A stretch of DNA of 64,000 bases, from contig OZ244779.1 in the NCBI GenBank assembly GCA_965219575.1, positions 2,284,769-2,348,768 on the forward strand, given 5' to 3'. Source of the stretch: Candidatus Oxydemutatoraceae bacterium. GTDB lineage: Bacteria > Pseudomonadota > Gammaproteobacteria > Poriferisulfidales > Oxydemutatoraceae. This document shows, piece after piece, positions 9,356-19,958 of this stretch. Position numbers and translations under genes: made by a program. The notes under the pieces were generated by a model, which made no database searches, was not told the DNA's origin, and saw only the letters and a list, made by a program, of their open reading frames with translations. The number at the start of each line of letters is the position of its first letter. Within the stretch, counting starts at the first letter, position 1.

Positions 9356-11238
9356 TGTCTTTGTTGCAGATTACCGAACCCGGGCAATCGGATGCACAAC
9401 ATAAACAGTCGGTATGTGTTGCCGGTATAGATTTAGGTACTACGAACTCATTGATTGCCGTCGTAGAAGCAGATAAACCTTACGTCTTGACCGATGCGCA
9501 GCAGAGAGCACATCTTCCGTCGGCAGTGCATTACCGTGCCGATGCCCCGCCCCTGGTGGGCTTTGATGCCCTTGCCAAATCCGAACAAGCCCCGCTGGAC
9601 ACCTTGGTCTCTATCAAACGATTGATGGGGCGAGGTGCCGACCAAATCGATGCCATGAAGGAGACTTTCGGTTATCGCTTTATAACCGAAGACTCCAAAG
9701 TGCCGAAGATTAGAACCGCCGCCGGAGACAAGAGTGCCGTAGAAGTCTCTGCCGACATATTAAAGACACTGAGCCTGCGTGCCGAACAAGCCTTGGACAA
9801 ACCTTTAGAAGGCGTGGTGATTACGGTGCCGGCATATTTCGACGATGCGCAAAGACAAGCGACCAAAGATGCCGCAACGTTGGCCGGCTTAAAAGTCTAC
9901 CGACTATTGAACGAACCGACCGCTGCCGCAGTCGCTTACGGCTTGGATCGCATTGCAGAGGAAGAGACGATTTTGGTTTATGACTTAGGCGGTGGAACCT
10001 TTGATTTATCGGTTCTCAAGATGGAACGAGGCATATTAAGAGTATTGGCTACCGGTGGCGACACGCTGTTGGGAGGAGATGACTTTGACCTGCTGATAGC
10101 GCAACACTTCATACAACAATCATCGGTTCCCGTAAAACCGGACTCCGAACCGATGCGTAGCCTACTCAACGAGGCGCGCAGAGCCAAGCACATACTCAGC
10201 GCACAGCGCGAATATAACGGCACCCTAGAAGTTGCCGACTTAGACTCATGGAAAGTTTCTTTAACGCAATCCGAATTAGACAAGCTGATAACGCCGGCGG
10301 TTGATAAAACTTTGTCTATATGCAAGAAAGTATTGGCCGATGCCGGCATCGGCACAAAGCAAATACATAACATCGTTTTGGTGGGGGGGTCTACTCGTAT
10401 TCCATTGGTGCGCCGTCGTATTCAACAAGCGATAGGCATCGAACCTTTGATCGGCATAGACCCCGATCAGGTCGTTGCGTTGGGCGCAGCGATACAAGCC
10501 GAAGTGCTGGCAGGCAATACGCAAACCGACGATCAATTATTATTATTGGATGTGGTGCCGTTGTCTTTAGGCATCGAAACTATGGGTGGGCTTGTAGAAA
10601 GAATCATTCCTAGAAACAGCATGATACCTACCTCCAGAGTGCAGGAATTCACAACCTATAAAGACGGCCAAACCGGTATGGTGATACATGTGGTGCAAGG
10701 TGAACGAGAATTGATTGCCGATTGCCGCTCACTGGCACGCTTTGAATTAAAAGGCATCACACCCAAAGTCGCAGGGGCATCCAAAGTGCGTGTGACTTTT
10801 ACCGTCGATGCAGACGGTCTGCTATCGGTCTCGGCGGTTGATGCCGAGAGCGGCACTCAAGCGAGCGTAGAGGTGAAACCATCCTACGGCTTGTCCGACA
10901 CCGATATAGAACAGATGATTAGAACATCGGTACAACACGCCGCCGAAGATGTTGCCGCACGTATACTTAAGGAAAAACAAGTGGAAAGCAAACGCGTGCT
11001 CGATGCCCTCGCATCGGCACTGGACGAAGACCGCGCACTATTGTCCGACGAGGCAGAAGAACAAAACATACTCAAAGCACGCAATACACTACGGCACGAA
11101 TTGGATCACGGCGATGCCGACCAAATAGACAAAGCACTAAAGGACTTGGAAGCTAGTAGCGAAGCATTTATCGCCCGCCGTATGAATGCCGCCATACTCA
11201 AAACCCTGCAAGGCAAATCGGCAACAGAGTTTAATTGA
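9355..11238 (+). CDS. hscA: Fe-S chaperone (Hsp70)
   Basis: [31 protein letters not shown]. Confidence 0.97.
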   Translation: MSLLQITEPGQSDAQHKQSVCVAGIDLGTTNSLIAVVEADKPYVLTDAQQRAHLPSAVHYRADAPPLVGFDALAKSEQAPLDTLVSIKRLMGRGADQIDAMKETFGYRFITEDSKVPKIRTAAGDKSAVEVSADILKTLSLRAEQALDKPLEGVVITVPAYFDDAQRQATKDAATLAGLKVYRLLNEPTAAAVAYGLDRIAEEETILVYDLGGGTFDLSVLKMERGILRVLATGGDTLLGGDDFDLLIAQHFIQQSSVPVKPDSEPMRSLLNEARRAKHILSAQREYNGTLEVADLDSWKVSLTQSELDKLITPAVDKTLSICKKVLADAGIGTKQIHNIVLVGGSTRIPLVRRRIQQAIGIEPLIGIDPDQVVALGAAIQAEVLAGNTQTDDQLLLLDVVPLSLGIETMGGLVERIIPRNSMIPTSRVQEFTTYKDGQTGMVIHVVQGERELIADCRSLARFELKGITPKVAGASKVRVTFTVDADGLLSVSAVDAESGTQASVEVKPSYGLSDTDIEQMIRTSVQHAAEDVAARILKEKQVESKRVLDALASALDEDRALLSDEAEEQNILKARNTLRHELDHGDADQIDKALKDLEASSEAFIARRMNAAILKTLQGKSATEFN

Positions 11239-11261
11239 TGTAAAGAACACAGAGTATCGCA

Positions 11262-11600
11262 ATGCCTAAAATCACTTTTTTACCCCATGAAAAACTATGT
11301 CCCGAAGGCAAAATAGTAGAAGTGGATAGCGGCACCAGCATCTGCGATGCGGCATTGAAAAACGACATAGAACTAGAACACGCCTGCGAGAAATCATGTG
11401 CCTGCACAACCTGCCATGTGTATATACGCGAAGGTTCCGACGCACTCGACGAACCCACCGAAAACGAAGAAGACTACCTTGACAAAGCCTGGGGACTAGA
11501 CCCCGATTCACGGCTTAGCTGCCAAGTTATCGTAAAAGACCAAGACCTAGTCGTCGAAATACCCAAATACACCATCAACCTAGTATCCGAACAGCACTAG
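11262..11600 (+). CDS. fdx: ISC 2Fe-2S ferredoxin
   Basis: EHACEKSCACTTCH, SRLSCQ. Confidence 0.97.
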   Translation: MPKITFLPHEKLCPEGKIVEVDSGTSICDAALKNDIELEHACEKSCACTTCHVYIREGSDALDEPTENEEDYLDKAWGLDPDSRLSCQVIVKDQDLVVEIPKYTINLVSEQH

Positions 11601-11611
11601 CCCGCCAACCC

Positions 11612-12211
11612 AATTCCCCTCCTGTGACGGGGTCGGGTTTCGTCTGACGAAGTAGTCATGCCATTGGGCTGTTGAAAAAGTGCCGTTTTTGCACAACCGC
11701 AGCCGCTTGCGCCGTGAATTCATAATAACCACCAAGTCGTAGGGGCAGTATAAAGCCGCCGATTGAGCCGGTAGGTCAATCGGCAACTCTGATGTCTACC
11801 CTTAAGTACCGTTCTGCACGACACCAACCGCTTGCGCCAACAAATAATGGTTTCCATAATATTAATGGGTGAACGCGTTAATCGTGCAAACATGATACGT
11901 CGGGCTGTTGAAAAAGTGCGGCATCGTACGAATCCAATCACTTGCGCCATTTGGTTTTGGTTTCCATAAATTGGATGGATGAATGTATAAATCGTGTAGG
12001 CACAACGCGTTATGGGCGGACATGTTAGTCCGCCCCTACAGGTGGGTTGGATAATTATGCGACGCAAGCGGTTACGGTTTTGCAGAACAGTATTTTTTCA
12101 ACAGTCCCACGTTTCGGGCAGAACAGGGCCGCCGATTGAGCCAGTAGGTCAATCGGCAATTTAATTTTAGTCCGCCCCTACCACTTTATGAAATACTTTT
12201 TCAGCAGTCCC
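11612..12211. mobile_element. Nested repeat cluster: outer MITE (11665..12211) containing an inner MITE (11901..12108) and two R3 hairpins in REP loops
   Basis: Two left TIRs and two right TIRs; ACGT duplicated around the inner copy; uninterrupted equivalent at 30229..30526. Confidence 0.85.
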
Positions 12212-12234
12212 ACGGCACGTTAGGAAGGAATGAG

Positions 12235-13491
12235 TTAAAAAATGCTTTTGCGTACGATGTTCTCTTCCCGTCCCGGACCGGTTGAAACCATATCAACGGG
12301 AATGCCGATCAGCTGTTCTATACATTCTACATAGTGTCGGACTTGATTGGGGAGATCCCGATAGCGGGTAATACCGCGTATCGTTTCCGTCCAACCTTCC
12401 AATTCTATATAATGCGGTTTGCACTTCGACAGGTCGTTGTTCGCCGGGTCGTAGTTATCACAAATCCGCAATTTTTTCAGACCTGTTAATACATCTATTT
12501 TAGTCAAGCATAAATAATCTACGCCGTTTATTTTAATCGCTCGTTTTAAGGCGACGGCATCGAGCCATCCGCAACGCCGATCCCTGCCGGTAGTCGCTCC
12601 TTTTTCTTTGCCGTGCGTAGATAGATGTACGCCTACCTCGTCATCCAATTCGGTAGGAAAGGGACCGTTGCCGACGCGAGTCGTATAAGCCTTGCTGATA
12701 CCTAGAACATGGTCTATGTCTCGTGCCGCCATGCCTGCGCTACAACTTGCGTTGGCGGCAATGGTATTGGAAGAGGTCACATAAGGATAAGTACCATGGT
12801 CTATATCGAGCAATGTTCCCTGCGCACCTTCAAATAATACATTCGCCTCTCGTCCAATTAGACGGTGCAGATGATCGGAGATCGAGACCGTCCACGATAG
12901 AAATTTATCTTTATGCTCGTGTATAAAATCGAGTTCCTCTGCACAATCCGCAGTCGGCGATTGATAATAGTGCTTCAATACGAAATTGTGATATTCAAAT
13001 AATTCCTCGGTTTGCTTCAAAAAAGCGTCCCAATCTCGGAGATCTCCCAATCGCACCGCGCGTCTTGCCGCCCGATCCTCGTAAGCCGGACCTATGCCCT
13101 TGGCGGTAGTGCCGATGGCAGCTTTTCCGCGTCGTCGCTCACGCGCTGCATCGAGCAAACGATGACACTCCAACACCAGCGGGCAGGCATCGGAAACATG
13201 AAGACGCGAGCCAACCGCTATGCCGATAGTGCTTAACTCCTGTATCTCCTCGAGCAAGGCTCGTAGAGACACGACCACACCACTGCAAATAAAACATTCT
13301 ATATTTTCGTGCAATGCACCCGACGGTAACAAATGTAGTATATGTGGTTTACCGTCGACATAAATCGTATGCCCGGCATTATGTCCGCCTTGAAAACGAA
13401 CGACGGCATCGGAATGTTCGGTGAGGTGGTCTACTATTTTACCTTTGCCCTCATCTCCCCATTGCAGGCCGACGACTACGACACAGGTCAT
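12235..13491 (-). CDS. purA: Adenylosuccinate synthetase
   Basis: QWGDEGKGK, RFQGGHNAGHT, TTGRDRRCGWLD. Confidence 0.98.
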   Translation of the reverse strand: MTCVVVVGLQWGDEGKGKIVDHLTEHSDAVVRFQGGHNAGHTIYVDGKPHILHLLPSGALHENIECFICSGVVVSLRALLEEIQELSTIGIAVGSRLHVSDACPLVLECHRLLDAARERRRGKAAIGTTAKGIGPAYEDRAARRAVRLGDLRDWDAFLKQTEELFEYHNFVLKHYYQSPTADCAEELDFIHEHKDKFLSWTVSISDHLHRLIGREANVLFEGAQGTLLDIDHGTYPYVTSSNTIAANASCSAGMAARDIDHVLGISKAYTTRVGNGPFPTELDDEVGVHLSTHGKEKGATTGRDRRCGWLDAVALKRAIKINGVDYLCLTKIDVLTGLKKLRICDNYDPANNDLSKCKPHYIELEGWTETIRGITRYRDLPNQVRHYVECIEQLIGIPVDMVSTGPGREENIVRKSIF

Positions 13492-14678
13492 TTAATAATC
13501 TCTATCGTCCATTGTCTGTCTACTTTGACAAAACGAGCATCGCAGCCGTAGTCTTCGGGCTGTTCGTCCCCTAGTTGGGCGACGACTCTATCACCGTCCA
13601 CGCGTGCAGCTTCTACCATCTCTTGCAATGCCTCATCTTGCTCTTGCGGCGCAAATATAAGTTTTTTGTTCGGCAATGCACCCGATTCACAATCTTGATT
13701 GATATCCAAAAACAATTTCATATCGCCGCTAAAACCGACAGCGGGGCGTGCGCAACCGAAAGGTTCACCTACGCCGTCATAGCAGCCTCCTCTTGCAACT
13801 TCCTGCCTAATATCCAGAACAAAAGCCGAGAAAACAATGCCTGCCTCATAGTGATACGAAGGTAGTTCGGATAGATCGAACAGTATTTTGTCGGCGTACT
13901 CCGACGACCTGTCGGCAACGACTTGCAGTTCATCGAGCAGTGCCGTCATACTATCCGATATAGCACTATAACAGCGACGCGCGTCTTTTAGTACGCTTAT
14001 GTCCCCTTGAAAATCACTCAGATCGGTGAACCACGCTATTTGTAGCTCAGGAATGCCCGCAGCCTTTAGGTAGGTGTAAATTTCGTGTTTGGCTTTGGAG
14101 TGCAACAGAGGAATCAAATCGGCATTTTGTGCCGGCTGTAATTTTGCCGCTTTGACCAATTCCAGATAAATACCTACATGCCCAAAAGATAGAAGGTGCT
14201 GTGTCGCACCTGCCAACTTCAGTGTCTTCAACATCAGCCGTATTATTTCAAGCGTACTCTCGATGCCGCCGTGTCCGTAGACCTCGGCACCGAACTGTAT
14301 CGGGGATCGCGAAGCCCCGACACTCTCGGGTTTAGTTTTTAGTACCGTGTCGCAATAGCACAAACGGTTGATTTTATTCCTGCTCAGAGCATGTACATCT
14401 ATGCGGGCAATTTGAGGTGTCATGTCGGCACGCACGCCTAAGGTTTTACCGCTCAACTGATCGGTCAACTTAAAAGTCTGCAATAAAAGCTCGTCTTCCT
14501 CGGGTGCAACCAAAGATTCTAAAAACTCAACGAGCGGAGGATTAACTAATTCATAACCCCAACCGTCGAATAGGTCTATGATCCGCCGACGCATCGCCTC
14601 CAGTCGTCTCGCTTCGGCAGGCAATATGTCGTCTATATTCTCGGGCAAAATCCACTTTTGGTTCACGGCTATGCCCAA
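13488..14678 (-). CDS. hisZ: ATP phosphoribosyltransferase regulatory subunit
   Basis: HisRS-like RADMTPQIARID; located upstream of purA. Confidence 0.93.
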   Translation of the reverse strand: MGIAVNQKWILPENIDDILPAEARRLEAMRRRIIDLFDGWGYELVNPPLVEFLESLVAPEEDELLLQTFKLTDQLSGKTLGVRADMTPQIARIDVHALSRNKINRLCYCDTVLKTKPESVGASRSPIQFGAEVYGHGGIESTLEIIRLMLKTLKLAGATQHLLSFGHVGIYLELVKAAKLQPAQNADLIPLLHSKAKHEIYTYLKAAGIPELQIAWFTDLSDFQGDISVLKDARRCYSAISDSMTALLDELQVVADRSSEYADKILFDLSELPSYHYEAGIVFSAFVLDIRQEVARGGCYDGVGEPFGCARPAVGFSGDMKLFLDINQDCESGALPNKKLIFAPQEQDEALQEMVEAARVDGDRVVAQLGDEQPEDYGCDARFVKVDRQWTIEIIK

Positions 14679-14866
14679 CTTCTAGCAACATATACGATTA
14701 GCAATCCGATTATCATAAGGATCAGGCTTCCCAACCTAAGACGATAATCGCTAAATTCGCTTATTCCAATCAGTACTTGCTTCCATTTTGCAGGTTTGAG
14801 AAACGGGACGATGCCTTCAAAAACGAGCATCAGTCCGAATGCAGTAACAAGATCGGTCCAGTCCAT
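14669..14866 (-). CDS. DUF2065 (YjeT-like) small membrane protein
   Basis: GLMLVFEGIVPF..P..W; conserved position after hflC. Confidence 0.88.
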   Translation of the reverse strand: MDWTDLVTAFGLMLVFEGIVPFLKPAKWKQVLIGISEFSDYRLRLGSLILMIIGLLIVYVARSWA

Positions 14867-14950
14867 CGTTAATTTTTATATACACCGTATTTACACAAAT
14901 GTATATCCCTGTGCAGGAATATACACCGTGCATCACCGTGCATTGTTTTC

Positions 14951-15811
14951 CTATTCTCTACTTTTCTGATTAAAGTAATCGAAGAAATCGGATTCCGGTT
15001 CCAATATTAGGGTGTCGGATCCTCCGAATGCATCTTCGTATGCTCTTATGCTGCGCGTGAACGAGTAAAATTCGGGATCCTTATTGTAGGCATCGGCATA
15101 TATCTTCGCCGACTCTGCATCCCCTTCGCCACGGATTTTTTCCGATTCGCGGTACGCTTCGGCAAGGATTGCAATACGCTCGCGATCGGCTTCGGCTCGG
15201 ATACGCTCCGCCTGTTCCATGCCGCGAGCCCTGAAGTCTCTTGCCACACGACTACGCTCGGCACGCATTCTTTCATAAACGGCATTGCTTACATCGTCGG
15301 GTAAATCTATACGGCTGATACGCACATCGACAATCTCTATACCGAGTTCTTTAGCCGTCTCGTTCGATTTAACCCTCAATATATCCATAATCTGGCTACG
15401 CTCTCCGGAAACCGCTTCCTGTATCGTCCGCTTGCCGAACTCGTTGCGCAGTTGATCCTTCATAATTTGTGATAAACGACTTAACGCGTTGCGCTCGTCG
15501 CCTCGCGTGGAACGATAATACTGTCCGACATCTAAAATGCGCCACTTTACGAAGAAGTCTACGGTCACATTTTTCTTTTCCACCGTCAAGAAACTTTCGG
15601 GTTGTGCATCGAGCGTGAGGATACGTGCATCAAAAAATCTTGCGTTGTTGATCAACGGGAACTTGAAGTGCAATCCCGGTGGAATATCTTCTTTAATAAT
15701 CTCACCCAATCTAAATAACAAGGCTTTCTCGCGTTGATCTACTACATAGGTTGCGGTATAACCGATAAGCAGCACGAATACTATAATGAAGGGTAAAAAT
15801 CTTTTCATCAT
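14951..15811 (-). CDS. hflC: FtsH modulator HflC
   Basis: SPFH domain, YERMRAER, DPEFYSFTRS. Confidence 0.96.
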   Translation of the reverse strand: MMKRFLPFIIVFVLLIGYTATYVVDQREKALLFRLGEIIKEDIPPGLHFKFPLINNARFFDARILTLDAQPESFLTVEKKNVTVDFFVKWRILDVGQYYRSTRGDERNALSRLSQIMKDQLRNEFGKRTIQEAVSGERSQIMDILRVKSNETAKELGIEIVDVRISRIDLPDDVSNAVYERMRAERSRVARDFRARGMEQAERIRAEADRERIAILAEAYRESEKIRGEGDAESAKIYADAYNKDPEFYSFTRSIRAYEDAFGGSDTLILEPESDFFDYFNQKSRE

Positions 15812-17025
15812 CTACTATTCCCTCTTATCCGTTCTACACCCGAGCGAATTCTATCGCTCATACTTCTGGTGTTGTCGTCACCTGAAACGGCAGAATTAGG
15901 TGCCGAACTTTGGCTCCCGGAATCTCTATTCCTCGCATCTTGCATCATTCTGTCCAACGGCAAATAAAATACACTGTTGCCTTGGTCAACGTTGATCATG
16001 ACTTTATTGGATCTCGACAACACCGACTGTATTGCTTGCAGATAAAGACGTTCGCGCGTCACTTCGGGTGCCTTACGATATTCCTCGAATAGCTTGTTAA
16101 AGCGGTCGGCTTCACCTATGGAGTTCTCGATGACTCTTTCTCTGTAGGCATTGGCCTCCGCCATCATACGCGCCGCTTCACCGCGTGCTTGCGGAATTAT
16201 GCCATTGGAATAGGCTTCCGCCTCGTTGATAAATCGGATCTCGTCCTCGCGTGCCTTGATTGCATCGGCAAAAGAACCTTGCACCGCAGCGGGCGGTTGC
16301 GATTGCTGTAAATTGACATTGAGAACGATTAAACCCGAGGCATAGTCGTCCAGTATAGCCTGCATCAAAACCTTCGTTTTGGCGGCGATATCGGCACGCC
16401 CTTCACCGAGAATAAAATCCATACTATTCTTACCGATTACTTCGCGCAACGCACTCTCCATTACTTGAAAAAGTGTTCCCCGAGATTGATCCGCTCTATC
16501 GTTGTCTATATCGGGCAAGCGTACATTAAAAAGGTAATCGGCAGCATCTTTAACACGGTATTGCACAGCCAGCTCTACTTCAACGATGTTTTCGTCTTGG
16601 GTTAGCATGGAAACCTTGTTTTGTGCCGACCGAACTTTGCCCACATCGACCTTCTCAACCGTTTCAATCGGATACGGAATATGCCAATGCGGACCCGGCA
16701 AAGTCATATCGTGATATTCACCGAAGCGCAAAATAACGCCCCGCTGACCTTCGCTAACGATATAAATACCGGAAAGTATCCAAACAGTGAAAACTATACC
16801 GAGTATTAACGAGAGATTAAACGAGTTGGACTTGCCGAACCCGGAACCGAAATTCGGTCTTTTCCTTTGCGGAGGCTCATTCGATGACGAACCGGATTTT
16901 TGGGACTTGTCTTTCTTAAAACCAAACAGAACACCTAACAAATCCATTAAGTCGGGTGGTTCTCCGGACGAACCACCTCTTTTATCGGATCTATTCGTCC
17001 TGTCTTTATCTTCACTCCAAGGCAT
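15808..17025 (-). CDS. hflK: FtsH modulator HflK
   Basis: MPW..PPDL, MLTQDENIV, APEVTRERLY. Confidence 0.96.
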   Translation of the reverse strand: MPWSEDKDRTNRSDKRGGSSGEPPDLMDLLGVLFGFKKDKSQKSGSSSNEPPQRKRPNFGSGFGKSNSFNLSLILGIVFTVWILSGIYIVSEGQRGVILRFGEYHDMTLPGPHWHIPYPIETVEKVDVGKVRSAQNKVSMLTQDENIVEVELAVQYRVKDAADYLFNVRLPDIDNDRADQSRGTLFQVMESALREVIGKNSMDFILGEGRADIAAKTKVLMQAILDDYASGLIVLNVNLQQSQPPAAVQGSFADAIKAREDEIRFINEAEAYSNGIIPQARGEAARMMAEANAYRERVIENSIGEADRFNKLFEEYRKAPEVTRERLYLQAIQSVLSRSNKVMINVDQGNSVFYLPLDRMMQDARNRDSGSQSSAPNSAVSGDDNTRSMSDRIRSGVERIRGNSR

Positions 17026-17160
17026 GTTTTACAGTTAAATTAAAATTGTTTATTCGGGGTTGCTTCGCAAAGCTGTCAAATTAATAAAAGGTGATTATAT
17101 CATCCCTACCATAATAATGAAAGAACCCATATTTTCCTTGTAAACACAAAATAGTAATGT

Positions 17161-17416
17161 GGGGCTGTTGAAAAAGTATCCACGAACCTGAGGGGCGGTA
17201 CATTCCCCTCCTTCGGAGGGGTGGCAGGCGAAGCCTGACGGGGTGGTTTTGTCGTGTCTGTACTATGTTTATACATTCATCCATCCAATTTATGGAAACC
17301 ATTATTTGTTGGCGCAGGGCGGTTGGTGTTGTGCGATGTCCGCACATTTTCAACAGCCCCGAGGTTCTGCACAACATGATGCCGATTGACTTACCGGCTC
17401 AACAGGCGGTTCTATT
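17161..17416. mobile_element. MITE (17161..17360) with R2 inserted in its REP, followed by an R3 hairpin
   Basis: ggggctgttgaaaaagt ... cattttcaacagcccc; R2 at 17202..17248; R3 reverse copy at 17381..17409. Confidence 0.8.
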
Positions 17417-17667
17417 TTCAACGACTCCATTTCATGCTCCATTGAGGAATTAGAGTAACTGCTTGCATTTATACAGAGATTCTGCATAATTCAAAATCAT
17501 GATAAATTTTGATGTACTAAAATCAGTGACTTTGAAACACTGATACGCTTAATGAATCTTGGGAAAAGATAATACGAATTTCGTTAATTTCGCTACAAGA
17601 GAGATACACAACCTTTTACTAGAACTAATCTATGGCAAGCTACATGTTGGAGATAAGATAAGAAAAT

Positions 17668-18900
17668 ATGAGCCAAGAAATTAAGAAAATCCGTATTAAA
17701 GATTTAGTTCTTTGGACTGAGAATCCAAGAGACCCTATGGATAGTAATGCTACAGATCAAGATATAGGCAACCAATCGATTAGCAAAGACGGACGCAGTA
17801 AATGGAGCCTGAAAAAGTTATTTGACACGATGGGATATCGCTTTGATCAAAGTGAAATTCCCACAGTTGCTTACATTAACGGTAAACCTGTTGTATTTGA
17901 CGGTAATAGACGGGTTCTTATCGGAAAAATTATTCACGGATATGTAAATATAAACAGTTCTATTGATTTTTCCGGGTTTGAATTTCCCGAGAAAATTCCA
18001 TGTAATGTTTGTGATGAAAAAACTGCTTTGCAGCATGTTGATAGAAAACATGCCGAAAGCGGCTCATGGCGGCCTCTGGAGAGAGATATTTTCAAGCATA
18101 AGCATATGGGGGAGGACAAGTCCGTTTTTCTTGTTTTTGAAGAATCAACAAATTTAATCTCTAATAATAAACTGATGAATCAAAGGTTTGTTAAAGAGGA
18201 AATTCTGACTCCGGCAATACTAGATACAATAGGTTTTTCGTTAGATGATGGCACACTCAAGACGAGACACTCTGATAACGATACAAATACTCTATTAGAA
18301 AAAATTATTTCTCTGATAAATGAAAAAGAAATATCAACTCGAAAGAACAGAGGTGAACTGATAAGCCTGCTAAAACGTGACCCACGCATTAAGACTATCC
18401 TAGAAAACAATGAAAATCAGTATTTTAAGAATTTTTCTCTTGAGCAATTCGCCGTTAAGGATGACCAGAAATCCTCTAGGAAAACACCCGTACGAAAGAA
18501 AAAAGAACATCAATTGTTTGGTGAAACTCTCGTACTGAAATCCGGTACTGTAAACAATCTTTATTCTGACTTACGCAAGCTATATGATCGAAAAAAAAGA
18601 ATAATTTATTCTGAAGACTTTCCGATGCTTATTCGCATCGGCTTAAGATTGCTTGCTGAAATAGCAATGCAAGATAAAAATAAAAAATTAAAGGCAATTC
18701 CAGATTATTTCGATGAAGCTAAAAGTAAACTGAATAAGGATGAAAAAACTACACTTTCTGCTCAAAATGTAAATAAAGATAAAATTTTAGAACTTCTAAA
18801 TGTAGGGGCACATTCATATACTATTTCTAACAACTTAGAACAAACAGTAGCCCTATCTTTGATTATAGGAAAAATTTTAGAAATAACTCATGGCAAATAA
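17668..18900 (+). CDS. Protein with ParB/Srx-like N-terminal domain and unknown C-terminal helical domain
   Basis: LWTENPR and VFDGNRR motifs; AT-rich; overlaps the downstream MTase. Confidence 0.75.
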   Translation: MSQEIKKIRIKDLVLWTENPRDPMDSNATDQDIGNQSISKDGRSKWSLKKLFDTMGYRFDQSEIPTVAYINGKPVVFDGNRRVLIGKIIHGYVNINSSIDFSGFEFPEKIPCNVCDEKTALQHVDRKHAESGSWRPLERDIFKHKHMGEDKSVFLVFEESTNLISNNKLMNQRFVKEEILTPAILDTIGFSLDDGTLKTRHSDNDTNTLLEKIISLINEKEISTRKNRGELISLLKRDPRIKTILENNENQYFKNFSLEQFAVKDDQKSSRKTPVRKKKEHQLFGETLVLKSGTVNNLYSDLRKLYDRKKRIIYSEDFPMLIRIGLRLLAEIAMQDKNKKLKAIPDYFDEAKSKLNKDEKTTLSAQNVNKDKILELLNVGAHSYTISNNLEQTVALSLIIGKILEITHGK

Positions 18901-19753
18901 CTTTTATTCACCGCTTAGGTATCCGGGAGGGAAAACCAAAATAGCCCCAATTATTAAAAAGATATTTGATGAAAATAACATAGTAGGCTGTCATTATGTT
19001 GAACCTTATGCCGGTGGAGCCGGAGTGGCACTTTCATTATTATTAGAAGAGTTTGTCTCAACCGTCCAAATAAACGATTATGATCGCTCTATCTATGCTT
19101 TTTGGTATACCGTAGTTAATCAAAGTGAAGATTTTTGTAAGCAAATAGAGCGCATTCCAATTACGATTAAAGAGTGGTTAAAGCAAAAAAAAATACAAAA
19201 AAATAAAACCGACGTTGATTTATTTGATCTAGGCTTTTCAACTTTTTTCCTTAATCGTACCAATATTTCCGGTGTTATCAAAGGCGGGGTGATTGGGGGA
19301 ATAGAGCAACAGGGAGAATACAAAATAAATGCTCGTTTTAACAAAGAAAAACTCATCGAAAGAATAAGGAGAATAAGTAAATATGCAAATAGAATTGAGG
19401 TCACCAATGAAAATGCATTAAATATTTTTTCTCTTGATCTTAGCGGTGATTTTGTTTTTATTGATCCCCCTTATGTCAATAAAGCTAAAGACTTATACCT
19501 TAACTTTTATTCAAAAGAGGATCATATAACAGTTTCAGATGCAATACTCAAAAATAAATCAGACTTTAACTGGCTATTAACTTATGACCAAAATAACTTG
19601 ATTAAAAAATTATATGCATCCTGCAAACATAAATTCTCTTATGAACTAAGCTACGGAGCATCTAATCGTAAAAGTCGGGAATATCTTTTTTTTAGCAATA
19701 AGCTGAAAACACATGCCCTGAAGGATTGCTTAAAGACAGTAAAAATACCTTAG
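18890..19753 (+). CDS. D12-class DNA adenine methyltransferase
   Basis: SPLRYPGGK, EPYAGGAG, FIDPPY. Confidence 0.92.
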   Translation: MANNFYSPLRYPGGKTKIAPIIKKIFDENNIVGCHYVEPYAGGAGVALSLLLEEFVSTVQINDYDRSIYAFWYTVVNQSEDFCKQIERIPITIKEWLKQKKIQKNKTDVDLFDLGFSTFFLNRTNISGVIKGGVIGGIEQQGEYKINARFNKEKLIERIRRISKYANRIEVTNENALNIFSLDLSGDFVFIDPPYVNKAKDLYLNFYSKEDHITVSDAILKNKSDFNWLLTYDQNNLIKKLYASCKHKFSYELSYGASNRKSREYLFFSNKLKTHALKDCLKTVKIP

Positions 19754-19958
19754 AACTGACGTTCCCCTATTTTTCGGGTCACCTGCAAAGTTAGTTTTCA
19801 TGCTCTATTGCGGGATCAAGAATTCTGTCAATAAATCAACTAAGCTATTGCTCTCTTTAGGTGCTTCTTGCCGGCAGTACGCCACATTTGAATATGAACT
19901 TAAACTCATTTTAGTTTTTAGAGTAAAGTCACCAATATATTTATTAGGAGATTAGTAT

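Noticed and set aside
14878-14943. Short repeats tatacaccgt x2 and caccgtgcat x2 between hflC and DUF2065
   Set aside because: Too short and local; probably a slippage scar or weak hairpin
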